A stretch of DNA of 64,000 bases. It comes from Octopus vulgaris. Its lineage: Eukaryota. The notes under the pieces are model-generated. The model worked only from the letters and a program-made list of their open reading frames with translations. It was not told the origin of the DNA and did not search any database. The stretch covers positions 9,300,001 through 9,364,000 of the forward strand of contig OX597825.1 of NCBI GenBank assembly GCA_951406725.2, in the 5' to 3' direction. The position numbers and the translations under genes were made by a program. Below, in pieces: positions 41,181-53,839 of this stretch; position 1 is the first letter of the stretch, and each line of letters starts with the position of its first letter.

Positions 41181-43599
41181 AGGGAGATTAAGAGAAAGTA
41201 AAAGGAAAGCAAGGGAGATACTAAATTTCTTTATGACTGTAAAAGTGTGAGAGTTCTTTTATGTGGCGCGGTTATTGTTAATTACCTTTAGGTCAAACTT
41301 GATCAATTAAATCTATGATCAAAGTTCTATCTCGTGTTTCTTTTCAGACGCAATGTGTTTAAATCTACTTTATCTAAGTCTCTTTCTGTGTGTTGTATGT
41401 GTTCGTACCTCAACCATAAAATTCGAACTAAGGTTTCAATAGGTTATTAGCCATCCATTTCTGTGATTTCGAAATAGATTTACTCCATTTTGTATGAGTG
41501 TACTACGTATTGATATATGTTTATGAATAGGCATTTCCCTTATTTTGTATGATTATCAGGCTTACCCGATCAACCGACAACAAACTCCTCTACATAAAGT
41601 TTGTAAGCGACCCGAGCGAAAGAGAACTGAATAGAGTTCTTTTATCCGAATGTCCACATACACGATGAAGGACGTTATTAATTTATTTCTTTGTATTTTC
41701 CTTATTATATAATGTACACATGCATAATCTACACACTCAACCACCCAGCAACTAATTTAAATAACGGACATCATGCTATCAATATTTGTCTCATTCGACA
41801 TGTCTCAAGAAACAGATTACGACTAGAGATTACGAGGGGTTAATTTCAACAGTTGGTGTACAACCCTATCTCAAGAAAATTACTTTGTACCTTCCTGCTG
41901 GAAAAAAGTGTAATATGACCTCATGATTAAGTAACTGTCAAGTGCCAATCATATTGGTGGTAAATATTTGTGTGAGAATAAATTTATCATTTAATTACTG
42001 TTAATACATCACTGGCTTCCAGATTAATTTAACAATTAAACAAAGGTATAATTTAGATTTCTGTCTTCGATATTCGTTATTTTGTATTCCAAAGGTTGAG
42101 TTGGTTGGTTACTGATGATCATTTTGCTGCAGTTAGTTTCTGTGTTTGGCACTTCTTCCATTTATAGTTTATTGCCAATCTATCAGATCTTAGATTTTAT
42201 CAGCACTTCGTTCAATAGAAATTTTGAAGATTTATCGAGATATATTCCTGCAAATATATTCACATATTTTACAACACAAAGCTCATGTCAGTTGAATCAC
42301 ACTGTAATATATGATCTCTAAGTACAATAGAATTCTCACTAATATATATTTTTTCTAGAAAAGGTCGAGGTCTTACACAGCATGTGGCAATGCCAAAATT
42401 AATAAATTTCTTTACCGGAACCTAAAGAGAATTTGGTTTTGTAATGTAATATTTGGAAACCTCCATATAAAACTAATTCTGATTGACTCCATAGTACATT
42501 GAAAGAATATAAAGCAGAGATTTTGGAATTCAAATTCATAAGACATAACCTCATTCAGTCAATGTCGCTTCTTTTCCTGTTTTAACCTTGAGAGAAAATT
42601 ATTTCCTCGAGATCAAATTACATCTAGCTTTTTCAAAGACACCAGCAGAAACAGATATTCAATATTTGATACAATCTTTTGATGTCTGACATTATTTGTT
42701 TCATGGTTGTACGAAATAAATATGTTTTCTTGCATTGTAGTTTATTACTACGTATAATTTGTCTTGAAGCATGAGTTTTCGTTATTTTAACGAGATGAAA
42801 CGCATCACACGTCGACAAAAGAAAATATATATAGTTGATATAAAGGATTACAGATAATGTTTATGATGAAGTTTTTATTGGAAAAGATGTCAGTTAGATG
42901 CAGATAGGAAAACTTATTTTGAAAAGATATAATATGCTTCTCATAATTATAGCAAGTAACTGCATAGATTTAAGGATTATAGGATTTGATAAGTCATAAG
43001 CAAAACGTGAATATTTCAGCAATTCTTAAGATCAAATATCGTGTATAATCCTAATGAATATTAATAGAAGCTTACCAAGACAATACGTGTAATGAATGAA
43101 AATACTGTGAGAAATAACCCGAAACAAGCTAAAATAAAGAAGGGTAACACATAATATATAATTCTGATAAAAATTACTGATTTACGTTGATAAGCACTGT
43201 AAAGTACAAATCAAACCAAGAATCAAATCGATTGGCACATATGTCGCTATATACTTCAATATGGTTAATATTTTGTTACTTTTTATGTCTTTGTTCCAAA
43301 GACATCGGGTACAAACTTCAAAAACCTTTATACAACGAACAAATCGATATGTTAGATCCCTGATTGGAAGGTATGTTAGCTAGTTGATTAATAGCTAGAT
43401 TGTTAAGGCAAATGAAATATAAGCAGATTTTATAGAAATATCCCTGCATTAAAGGGACATCATTTTCCTCTAAGCCGACGTCGGGGAAGCAAAAGACTGG
43501 CAGCTAATTTAGTTTGGTTAAATTAACTATGCAGTACACCTACTCAGCAGTTACGACGCAATTACTGAATCCATAAGTCAACGGTGAATGGCTGACAAA

Positions 43600-44030
43600 A
43601 AGAGAACCCAATTATACATTTTTACTAGGTTGAGCAATCTAGTATTAATAGCCTCCATAGATCTTTAGATATGGTTAAATTTTCCAGCCATGGCACCAGT
43701 TTGCATTGCCTTATTTTTCAAGTAACGAATGCTTTCAAGTGTTCGGTATAGTAACCAAATGTTGGCACTAACATCGGTCTGTTAAAAGCATTTAGATTAA
43801 TGCTTTCTGCTTTTATTTCAGTACCTTCTAAAGTAAGCTGAGATTTATTTGTCACTCTAGCTTTATTCACAGAACGAACGTCAGCAGTATTGCCATAGAT
43901 TCCGAGATACGTGTAGCCTTTACTTTTGGTTACAGGAAATATAGACCGGCCATTGAGAGTCACACTCCTTGTCTGATCAACAAGTTTGTCTCGATTAATA
44001 ACCAAATATGAACACTTGAGATGAAACTCC
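43600..44030 (-). mobile_element. R4/Dong-like RT remnant, downstream part
   Basis: FHLKCSYLVINRDKLV...GYTYLGIY...NKARVT...NAFNRPMLVPTFG. Confidence 0.65.
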
Positions 44031-44949
44031 TTTTCTATCTACAATGAAGATATCCTTGTGTCCTAATTATTACTCAAATACAACTTAAGATTATGACAAA
44101 ACGGAAATTAATAACATTAATTATCCCTCTGATAATTATAACGTGTAATGAATGCAATACAAACAAACCCTCATGCATGAATTTCTCCCGTCGATCTCTA
44201 GTGTAATTGCTTCTGTTCTGACAAGAGTTATAAAGGTCGTTTTGCAATTGGTCAACTATAGTGATTGAAACTTCGACAAGATGCAGCGACTCCATGAGAG
44301 GGAGAAAGTGTCAACTTATTACAGGCTATCAGCAGATTTCGGCGATAGTGCTTACTGCATTTAGAAAAGGTTCCTTCATAGAAGACAGTTCCAATCCTTC
44401 ATCATTTTTTATTTGTCTCTAGTTCGTTTCGCCCTGCAGTAGTCCTGGAGGAACACACTCAGGTAACAAGTATAGCCATAATATTTAATTGCGTGGCGCT
44501 GTGGGTTATTTTCAACACATGTTTCCTGATAATATATCACAAGTTTTAATCCTGTTACACAGGGAATTTGCTTGATTTTAACGGTTCAAGAGAATTTTAC
44601 TATATGTACATATAATGTATACTTTTTTATAGGATTATCCAAATATCAGTTCTCTTTTTTGATATTTCATTCAGTATGTTGGCAGTAGCTTGCAGAAATA
44701 TTCTACTGTGAACTATTATTTTAGCGTACAAGATTTACATAGCTGTCGCTCCGTAATAAATTACTATCTGGAGAATGCGAAGCAGTCTGCTCTGCTTATT
44801 TGTTTTTTGTTGTTTTTTTTTACTGGAAAACCGAGGGTCTTTCTTGTTATGTAGGCTAGTGTAACTATGATAATACGAACACCTTGGGATATCAGAGTTG
44901 TTCTTTTCGCCTCAATTCTCTACAGCTGTTCTTTTCCCTAATGTTTTTC

Positions 44950-45570
44950 ATGAATACTTACATCAGTTGGGAATTGATTCTTGCAACGGTGCACTGCTTT
45001 TGCTCTCTGCCCCATACAACTATATCTTACTCATTGCACTTACACAGGGTTGATATTTTTTTATTGCAGGGTTCTCTTATCATGTGATTGGCAGACCTGA
45101 CAGGAGATTCACCGCTTGGGCGAAAAATATTACATATAGCCCATCACTCCGCATTATCCACGTTGGGATTCCAATTCAAATCGGTGACTAACGTGATAGC
45201 TTCAGTTCTCAGTGATACATATTTGGAACAGGTTGTTAAACTCTTAATAGTACTGAGTGAAGGAAATGAAGGCTCTCCATGGCATAGGCCCTCTGTTATT
45301 CATGAGTGAGGACACCTAATAGTCTAGCCATAGAGTGAGCAGGCTTCGGCTGCATCGCATCTTTAAGCATTGCTTTGCTGATGAGTTGTTCAGCTCCGCC
45401 TCAGACACATTTTTTTTCTTTCAGCCTGCTCTTCAGTCACTATGCTGTGTGTTTCGCACTGATCCTAGATGTAAGCATTCACGTAACTTGTGTATAATTT
45501 TTACATCACGTTCAAACCCGATTTGACCACATTTCTCCTCATGTTTAGCTATTAGTGTTGCACATGCAGC
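44950..45570 (-). mobile_element. R4/Dong-like RT remnant, upstream part
   Basis: Frameshifted pieces LNVM*KLYTS, SIVTEEQA, EQLISKAMLKDA, LLTLWLDY, PHS, DGLYVIFFAQAVNLLS, QFPTDVSI in RT motif order. Confidence 0.65.
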
Positions 45571-45632
45571 TGTCAATTACTATCATACATCAATCAGGGC
45601 ATCCATTGTACATCAGAATAAATTAAAGAGGG

Positions 45633-46021
45633 CTTTACTTTTTCAGTCATTTGACTGCGAACATGCTGGAGTACCGCCTTTAGTCGAGCAAATCGATCCC
45701 AGGACTTATTCTTTGTAAGCCTGGTACTTATTCTATCGGTCTCTTTTGCCGAACCGCTAGGTTACGGGGACGTAAACCATCGGTTGTCAAGCGATGTTGG
45801 AGGGACAAACGCAGATACAAACATACACACACACATATACATAAATACATATACATATATACGACAGGCTTCTTTCAGTTCCTGTCTGCCAAATCCACTC
45901 ACAAGGCTTTGGTCGGCCCAAGGCTATAGTAGAAGACACATGCCCAAGGTGCCACGCAGTGAGAATGAACCCGGAACCATGTGGTTGGTAAACAAGCTAC
46001 GTACCACACAGCCACTCCTGC
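45633..46021 (-). mobile_element. SINE family B
   Basis: Reverse complement of 12940-13350 with a small deletion. Confidence 0.92.
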
Positions 46022-46219
46022 TTTCATGTAGAATATGAACTTTCTATACCAACAACTGACTTTCAGGTGTCTCCCACGTGATTTCTCGTTTGGATGAATT
46101 GTAACAACCGTCAGGTGAGTTTCATGGGTGATATTATAAGTTTTGGGGGAAGACGATCGTACAGTTTTCATTCCGCAGTTCAGCTGACCCCTTTGGGTAA
46201 GTGTTGTGTTGTTTCTTTA

Positions 46220-47425
46220 TATACCGGGTCCCTCCTCAAAATGACTCTAGACAATCGAGAATAGGGGTATTCACAACAGTGAAACTTTAACCTGTAATAC
46301 GCTATCTATGGGTCCGGCGTAAACTTGTGAATGATGCATTTTTGTTCTCGAAAATACTTTTATAACAATGCTGTTCATTCGCCAATCGCAGTTCGTGTAG
46401 AAGGAAATTACCTGTCTCGTTAATATTTGTTGTCGACAGTGTTTACACATATTAGATAATCTATCATAAACTTGCTGATGGGGATTTGTAATTGTATTAT
46501 TCATTTTTCAATGATACTGTCTCGCTGCGCAATACTTTTGCTGAGTCTGACTATAATCTCCTGCAGAGAAGTAATCCATGTTGCTTGCATCTTGTGATTG
46601 CCATCGAATTCTCATCTGTTGGCGAATGGTAATCGCAAAATAGTATAGAACATTCCATGTCCAAACGTTGGAAAATTTCAATCTTAGATAACTGTTCTCC
46701 ATCCATGTGGACCATCAAGGATAACATCACGTCCCGAGGTAATTACTGGTTATTTGAGAGAGTGAAGATTCATTTAAATCTTACTAAGTGTTCTTTCAGT
46801 TGTTTTCACTCGTTAGTTCTGTTTGTTCCTAATAGATTTCATTGCTCATACAATGGTAGCATTTCCGTGTCAATTTTATCGTTATTACAAAGACCATAGG
46901 TCTGTGTTCTTTACGATAGTCACATATAAAGAATCTCTTGGTTCCTTCAAACTTATATTTACTGTGTGACTCGAATGATGTGCGGGGAAAACACTTTTTT
47001 TTCTGTTCGCGTAATTCTTTGACATTGAGTTTCAAATATTTGCAATGTTTTAGATCCCGGTCATTTTTCATAATTACCATGTGACCGATCAATTTCCATG
47101 CAGCCGGTTTCCTTTTTTTGTGGATAAAGGTCTTGGTACAATTCAAAGGTTCACTAAAATTTCTCTCAGCAAATTCGATAGCTGAACCAAGTCTTCTGCC
47201 CTGTCCTGGTGTATATAATAGCCATCCTACGTGTTGAATTCCACTTAATTGTTACCGTTTGACTACTGCTATGATTTTCCACGAAAAAGGTTCTTCGTAT
47301 TTATCCAAAGAAAATATACAATTCTATCACCAGACTTGCATCAACGGCAAAATTTCTAGAGCTGAGTATTCATTACACAAAAATGAATATCCCCTTATAC
47401 CGATATCCCTGGTATCGATGCTGTA
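46220..47425 (-). pseudogene. Unclassified decayed coding-like stretch, probably transposon-derived
   Basis: Consecutive microsatellite-free minus-strand frames (WKLIGH...LKL.VKELR...FPRTSF.SH; HQQVYDRLSNMCKHCRQ...CDW); no catalytic motif recognised. Confidence 0.3.
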
Positions 47426-47446
47426 TGATATATATATATATATATA

Positions 47447-47821
47447 TGTATATAAGAATTGTTTGCATAATGAGATAAAAGACCAAGGCTGTATAGATAT
47501 TAGAGCATTTATAGATAGGTCTTACAGCTGTTTCTAGGATATTAATTAATAATATCCCTTCATCGCAGACGATATTATTAATTAATATCCCAGAAACAGC
47601 TGTAAGACCTTCTATCTATAAATGCTCTAATATCTATACAGCCTTAGTCTTTTATCTCATTACGCAAAAATTCTTATATACACATTCTGACATAGAACCA
47701 ACGTTGAATCCTTTATTCGCAATATTACCGAATCTGGAACTTAACTATAGCACTTATTCAGCATTAACTGACACCTTTGGGTCTAAATGACACAATTATC
47801 TCTTATAACCTCAACTTCTCG

Positions 47822-47823
<2 letters not shown>
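47447..47823. mobile_element. Penelope-type inverted pseudo-LTR fold-back in (TA)n with minimal hammerhead motif
   Basis: About 110-bp arms 47447-47556 and 47571-47682, unique extension to 47823; minus strand 47570-47519 GTCT-GCGATGA-AGGGATATT..AATATCCTA-GAAA-CAGCTG-TA-AGAC. Confidence 0.78.
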
Positions 47824-47869
<46 letters not shown>

Positions 47870-48610
47870 CACATTGTGTGAAAGTATATATACATCCATG
47901 TATGTATATATATTTATGGATCTATCTTTGTAGACCAGTGAAAACCGGCGAAATTTTGATTTCTATGGTTTTCGAATGGAATATATAGATTATTGACAAT
48001 TTGTGATGTCTACGCAAAACTGGCTGGGACTACGGCATTGTCAACTTCATTAAGAGACGTGTCCTACAAATGGTCTGGCCGGTTCACTCACACCATTTTT
48101 TTCACTTTTCTTTTCTGTAGGTGAATCGATTTCTTAGATTTTTCCAAATCCACGGATATTGCAGCCATTAATAAATTCTGCAAATCTATTTCTTGGAGAC
48201 AGCATGTATTAAATCAAAGATCATATCATTTGACGTCTCAATAATTTCGCTTTGCTGAGGGCGTCTGTCTCTGTGATATCTCTATTTGACATCATTGAGA
48301 TGCATTTTTATAATTGATAACTTCTTGCAATGCTTGTCTAGTTTCCAATTATAGAATGTCTGAAAACCTGACAACGTGTGGCTTTAAGCGTTGGTACGTC
48401 TAATATGCATATAATATAGAAATGTATTCTAGCTTTAGGGTGCATTTAAAGGAGTGAATGCTATTTTTGACGCTCGGAGCAATAGCCTCAGCTATATTCT
48501 AAACGTATTCAACTTCCTTCACATTAATTGCCAAAATAAATATACTCTCAACCTATTTCCTTTGTAATCACCTACCGGTTTATCTTCACATTTGTTCATT
48601 ATTAGATACG

Positions 48611-48838
48611 TATTTCTTTACTACCCACAAGGGGCTAAACACAGAGAGGACAAACAAGACAGACAAACGGCTTAAGTCGATTACATCGACCCCAGTGCGT
48701 AACTGGTACTTAATTTATCGACCCCGAAAGGATGAAAGGCAGAGTCGACCTCGGCGGAATTTAAACTCAGAACGTAACGGCAGACGAAATACGGCTACGC
48801 ATCTCGCTCGGCGTGCTAAAGTTTCTGCCAGCTCGCCG
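48611..48838 (-). mobile_element. SINE family A monomer with 16-bp TSD
   Basis: TSD GTTCATTATTAGATAC at 48594-48609 and 48838-48853. Confidence 0.93.
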
Positions 48839-50959
48839 TTCATTATTAGATACCAAATATCTACCACACATGCACACACATTTATTAAACAATCACACCA
48901 TTAATCTTATCTAAATTCATACCAGAAAATATACTTTACGTTGCTGATAACTACATCAATCCAGATTTTGCGATATAAATAGCAAGATTAGGAGAATGAG
49001 TATAATTTTGGCTACACCTAATGGTACCCAACTAGAAGTGAATACACTTGATATGACTACACAGATCACTATGGCACGCGATGGAGCCTCTATATGGTCG
49101 ATCTAGCATCCAATTCTCTCTCATTCTACGCCCTATAATCTTAAAATAGGGTGTGAATATTCAATAATAGACTCATATAGGACATATTCAAGGAAACGAG
49201 GTGGGAAAATCAAGCTTTCATTGCTTGCTTAAAATTTAGCCATGAGCCAAATAACAGTTTGAACAACGGCAAAATGTGCAAAAATTGGTTTTCAATTTAT
49301 TTGGAACCTTTCCAGGTGGGGAATAGAAAATACATTGTAGGAAGAAGTGAAATACTTTTATTTCAGAATCCGGACAAAAATGCTCAAGAATTTTGAAATT
49401 GGGCTGGAATCAATAAATTAAATAATTTAATAATTAATAATTGATTGTAATATGTCCATATGGGAGAGGAAAATTTTTGCATAAGAAACCAACCATGTTG
49501 AGAATATTTGCAATTGCTAAAGTATTTTGTAAGCACATGCATTTCGAGAAATATTGACGTGCTTAAAATAGCTACCGATCTTTCCGCAAATTGTAGGGTT
49601 CAGGATTCAGAAATGGGGTAAGCAGATAAATGATCGTGTACTCTTAAAATTGATGGGGGCATCAAATGAGAAATACTTTGTTGATTGAAGCTTTCTATCA
49701 GGTTTGACATCGAGATAAACAATATTAATAACAATTAGAAAACCTTATCCCGCATCCAAAAGATCATGTAGAGGGCTGAAGTTGATATTTGCTCAAAATC
49801 CTACTTATACACTCTAACCCCCCCCCCCACATATATATTTGTGCTTTGTAGATTATTACTAAAATTAAATTTACAGGTTCTTGCCGAGTGAATTGCCTGC
49901 CATTAGATATCTTAGAAAATGCTTTACAATATTTTTTTCGGTTTTGCCTCAGTCCTGCCAAAGTTAATCTAGTTTTTCATCTATCTCGGTTTAATGAATA
50001 AAGAATCAGTTTAGAAAGGTGGGGACTTTCAGCTTCATCCGAGCGTCAGACGGTAAACCTTGTAGTACTCGTCAGAGCTCTGGGCAGGAGAGCACATGAT
50101 ACTTTGCGAGCTGATTTCAAATCTTGCCGTAGCTTATTTTTTGGTGCTAGATTTTATCCCCCGTCCAGTTCAGTTCCATCTCCGAATCACTGAGTATATT
50201 TAGCAGAAACTTTCTCTGTCTTCTAAGCATTTGGTCAAGATATCAGGCGTAGTTACAATACTTCCTCTTTCATTCTCACCAACCTTGGATGCCCAACATT
50301 GTATCATGAGTTCTACCTTTCACCCTGATTGAACGACCATAAAAAAAAATAGAGAAGCGATTTCCCATGTGTCCTTCCACTTTTTAACTTATATTTATCG
50401 ATAATTCAAGTTGAACAGTAACTTTATACTTTCACCGTCTTCTCTCAATCATTTGCAGGGAGGGAAAACTTTAGTATCATTTTACTTTCTCAGAATCCAA
50501 TATATAATTCATTACTGCTTTTTTCTCGCCAAGTCTCTCAGCGCAGACTTTTACACAAAATAGACATAATTCTGTACACAAATAGGTGTACATGCAAAAA
50601 ACACACGCACACACACACATAAACAAATAAACAAACAAACAAAAGAAAATCTCCTCCATTTTTCCTTTTCAGTACGTTATTGGTCTCAAAGTTATTTACT
50701 TGAAACTAAAAGAAATTACCACACACGTACTCAAAGCCGGCATTAAGATAAGCTAGAGATCGTTATCTGCTACAGAAATATAAAAACAACGTTACAGTAG
50801 TGACGTAAGATTTAAACTATTGGGATTTCAAATACTTATTTCAGAACTTTAATGCTGGAAAATGTAAGAGATTTTCACAGATATTTGAGCTCGAACTATA
50901 AAACTCCAACCAAAGTACATTTATGCGATATTTCTTCTTTATTTTTTATATTTATATAT

Positions 50960-51208
50960 CATATTTGTTTCACTCATTGGGACTACTACTGCCATAGTGG
51001 GGCACTAGCATGGAGGATTTATCCGAATAAATAGACCCTGGTACTTACTTTTAAGGCTGTTAATTTTTCTATCGATCTCTTTTGCCAAAATTATCAAAAC
51101 ATGGCGGCGGGTGGCGTAAACAAAGCAGTGGGACTGACAAACATAGATAGGAAGACACACATACACACACGCACACACACACAAACCTATATACAGACAC
51201 ATACATAA

Positions 51209-51240
<32 letters not shown>
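50960..51240 (-). mobile_element. SINE family B-related, old 3' half plus microsatellite
   Basis: TTTGTTTCACTCATT...GACCCTGGTACTTAC...CTATCGATCTCTTTTGCCAAA. Confidence 0.55.
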
Positions 51241-51241
<1 letters not shown>

Positions 51242-51244
51242 GAT

Positions 51245-51525
51245 GGCTGCTCCACAGACACTGCAGGTCGACATCATAGGAAGACCCTTACCATCTGGAA
51301 GTGCAACAGCGATGCCCTTTTCCAGACACCCCTCCTTACTTCCTCATGTACAACATGAGATTTCTGAAAAAGTAGCTGTCCCCTCGTTCACAGTTCTTCT
51401 CCGCCTGCTACGGTCAATAGCTATGCCCTGCCATGTGTCAGGAGAGATGCAAGCATCTCTTAAGGAAGCCTTCAGCAAGTCCTTATACCTCTTCTTTGGT
51501 TTATGTGGAGGTCGTTCTCCTTTAA
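51245..51525 (-). mobile_element. RTE-clade LINE C-terminal remnant
   Basis: GERPPHKPKKRYKDLLKASLRDACISPDTWQGIAIDRSRRRRTVNEGTATF then CSVCG; same architecture as 26585-26899. Confidence 0.82.
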
Positions 51526-51993
51526 ACAATTCTCGATGTTCTTTTAATTTTCTTTAATTTCCACCAATAACTGACCACTATGTCCTTCAGCATTTTTCAT
51601 TTCAATCATTAATCATTTCAGATTAACGACTAAAATTTTGACTTGCAAGCAAACTTTTGTGTTCATCTATCTTTAGGAATTTTCTATATATAAAGAGAGT
51701 TGCCATTTTATATTTTTCTTTCCTTAATTCACTGATCTAATCTGTGAACGTTGTAAGTGGTTAATATAACCTTATATGGGTTCTCAATAATTAGTAGCAT
51801 TATGCTGTGCGTAGAAGTAGCTTTCAGTCCAAAATCCATACAAGGTACCATAAAATTACACTCAAGCTTCAGCAATAATATTAACCGTATCCCTCTTATA
51901 TGTAATTTATTATTAAAATGAATAAAGCTAAACGCTAAAAAAAGGGTGCATGCCTCATTAAAAGAATATTTTGCATGTATGCATTAGTATAAT

Positions 51994-52045
<52 letters not shown>

Positions 52046-52049
<4 letters not shown>

Positions 52050-52356
52050 CCCATGGCTCAGTGGTTAGAGCGTCGTGCTTACGATCGTGAGGTTGTGAGC
52101 TCGAATCCCTGATCTAGCTGCGTGTTGTGTTCTTGAGCATGACACTTTATTTCATGTTGCTCCAGTTTACTCAGCTGTAGAAATGAGTTGCGACGTCACA
52201 GGTTCCAAGCTGTATAGGCCTTTGCCTTTCCCTTGGATAACATTGGTGGCGAGGAGAAGGGACGTTGGTGTGCAGGGGCAACTGCTGGTCTTCCATAAAC
52301 AACCTTGGATAACTTTCTAGGTGCAATCCCATGGTCCGTGTCGTGACCGAAGGGGG

Positions 52357-52360
<4 letters not shown>
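52046..52360 (+). mobile_element. SINE family D inserted within (TA)n
   Basis: A-box TGGCTCAGTGG, B-box-like GCTCGAATCC; homologous to 30131-30474. Confidence 0.92.
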
Positions 52361-52391
<31 letters not shown>

Positions 52392-53488
52392 TGCGGTCGC
52401 TTCATTAAGTTTTCACAATCCATTTACAGGTCTTTTCTATTAAATGGTGTTAAGTAAGGAACTAGAAATAGAGAAAAAACTTATAGTGAACCACCATAAG
52501 AAAAATACACTCATGTGAATTTGCAAGTTTGTTTAATGCTACAACATAAATACAACTCATACAACGTAATTCTTAAAAGCCAGTGCATTATCGACTACTC
52601 CTTAACAATTATTATTCTCAATAAATAGTGATATTTCGATTCAAGGATAATCATAAACAGTTATTGAGAACCTAAGTTATTCTACATACGTTACTTTTTA
52701 CAGAAAGCTATATATGTAGCAACGAGGTGACTTCTTCGCCATCATTTGCCGACCAAAAAATTTCAACCAAATAAAGCTCAAACGCAAAGTACAGTCTTGA
52801 AAAGGAAACGTAACATTAGATAATGTGATTCGAGTGAATGCTCCACATACTGTACTAGTATTCCAAATAGTCTGTTCGATCATGTGTACTGGGGCTAAAA
52901 ACTAAAAGCACACAAAAATAGTTGTGTAAATTCATTTGTTTTATATTTCTCTAGATGCTGCTTAAATATTCCTTATTTCAAGACAGTAGGTTTTTTTACA
53001 AGTTACGGTTCGACAATTCCATAAATAAAAGGGTTTCTAGAGAAAATGTATTATAATTCTATTTCATCTCAACATTCTCTGAGTTCAAATCGATATTTCA
53101 TAGATAATTCAGTTCTCGTGATCAATAGTTCTTTAGTATATCGTACAGCTATTCTCAATTGGTTATATATCTATACTACAAATACCTTTTACATCATCAT
53201 CATCATCATCATAAATCAAATTGTGACTCACAGTCACTTTCGTCTTCGTTTAATATTGTTATTGCAACAGATTTATTTTCAATTTCTTTCGAAATCTTTT
53301 TTAATATTTGTTTCAATTTCGTGAATATCCAGCAGTAATAACAACTGTATCATCAATTTTACGCGTATCACCATAACTAATTCTGTTAATAACACTGTTC
53401 CCACTAATATCATATGTCCTATATATTTTATACAACTTACTCTCCTAATTTTCCCTCTTTCTTATTGTGTCATGCTATTAAATTCCTA

Positions 53489-53645
53489 CGGCTGTGTTGT
53501 AAGTAGTTTGCTTGCCAAGCACATGGTTCCGAGTTCAGTCCCACAGCGTGAAACCTTGCGCAGGTGTCTTCTACTATAGCTTCGGGCCGACCAACGCCTT
53601 CTGAGTGGATTTGGTTGAAGGAAACTGAAAGAAGCCGTCGTATAT
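53489..53645 (+). mobile_element. SINE family B, 5' half ending at the internal microsatellite site
   Basis: GGCTGTGTTGTAAGTAG...GAAACTGAAAGAAGCCGTCGTATA. Confidence 0.88.
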
Positions 53646-53649
53646 AATA

Positions 53650-53832
<183 letters not shown>

Positions 53833-53839
53833 TATGGAC

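Noticed and set aside
52046-52115. tRNA-like sequences at SINE heads (also 9134, 12592, 30400, 12940)
   Set aside because: A/B boxes are present, but they continue into SINE bodies and lack a convincing cloverleaf; not tRNA genes.
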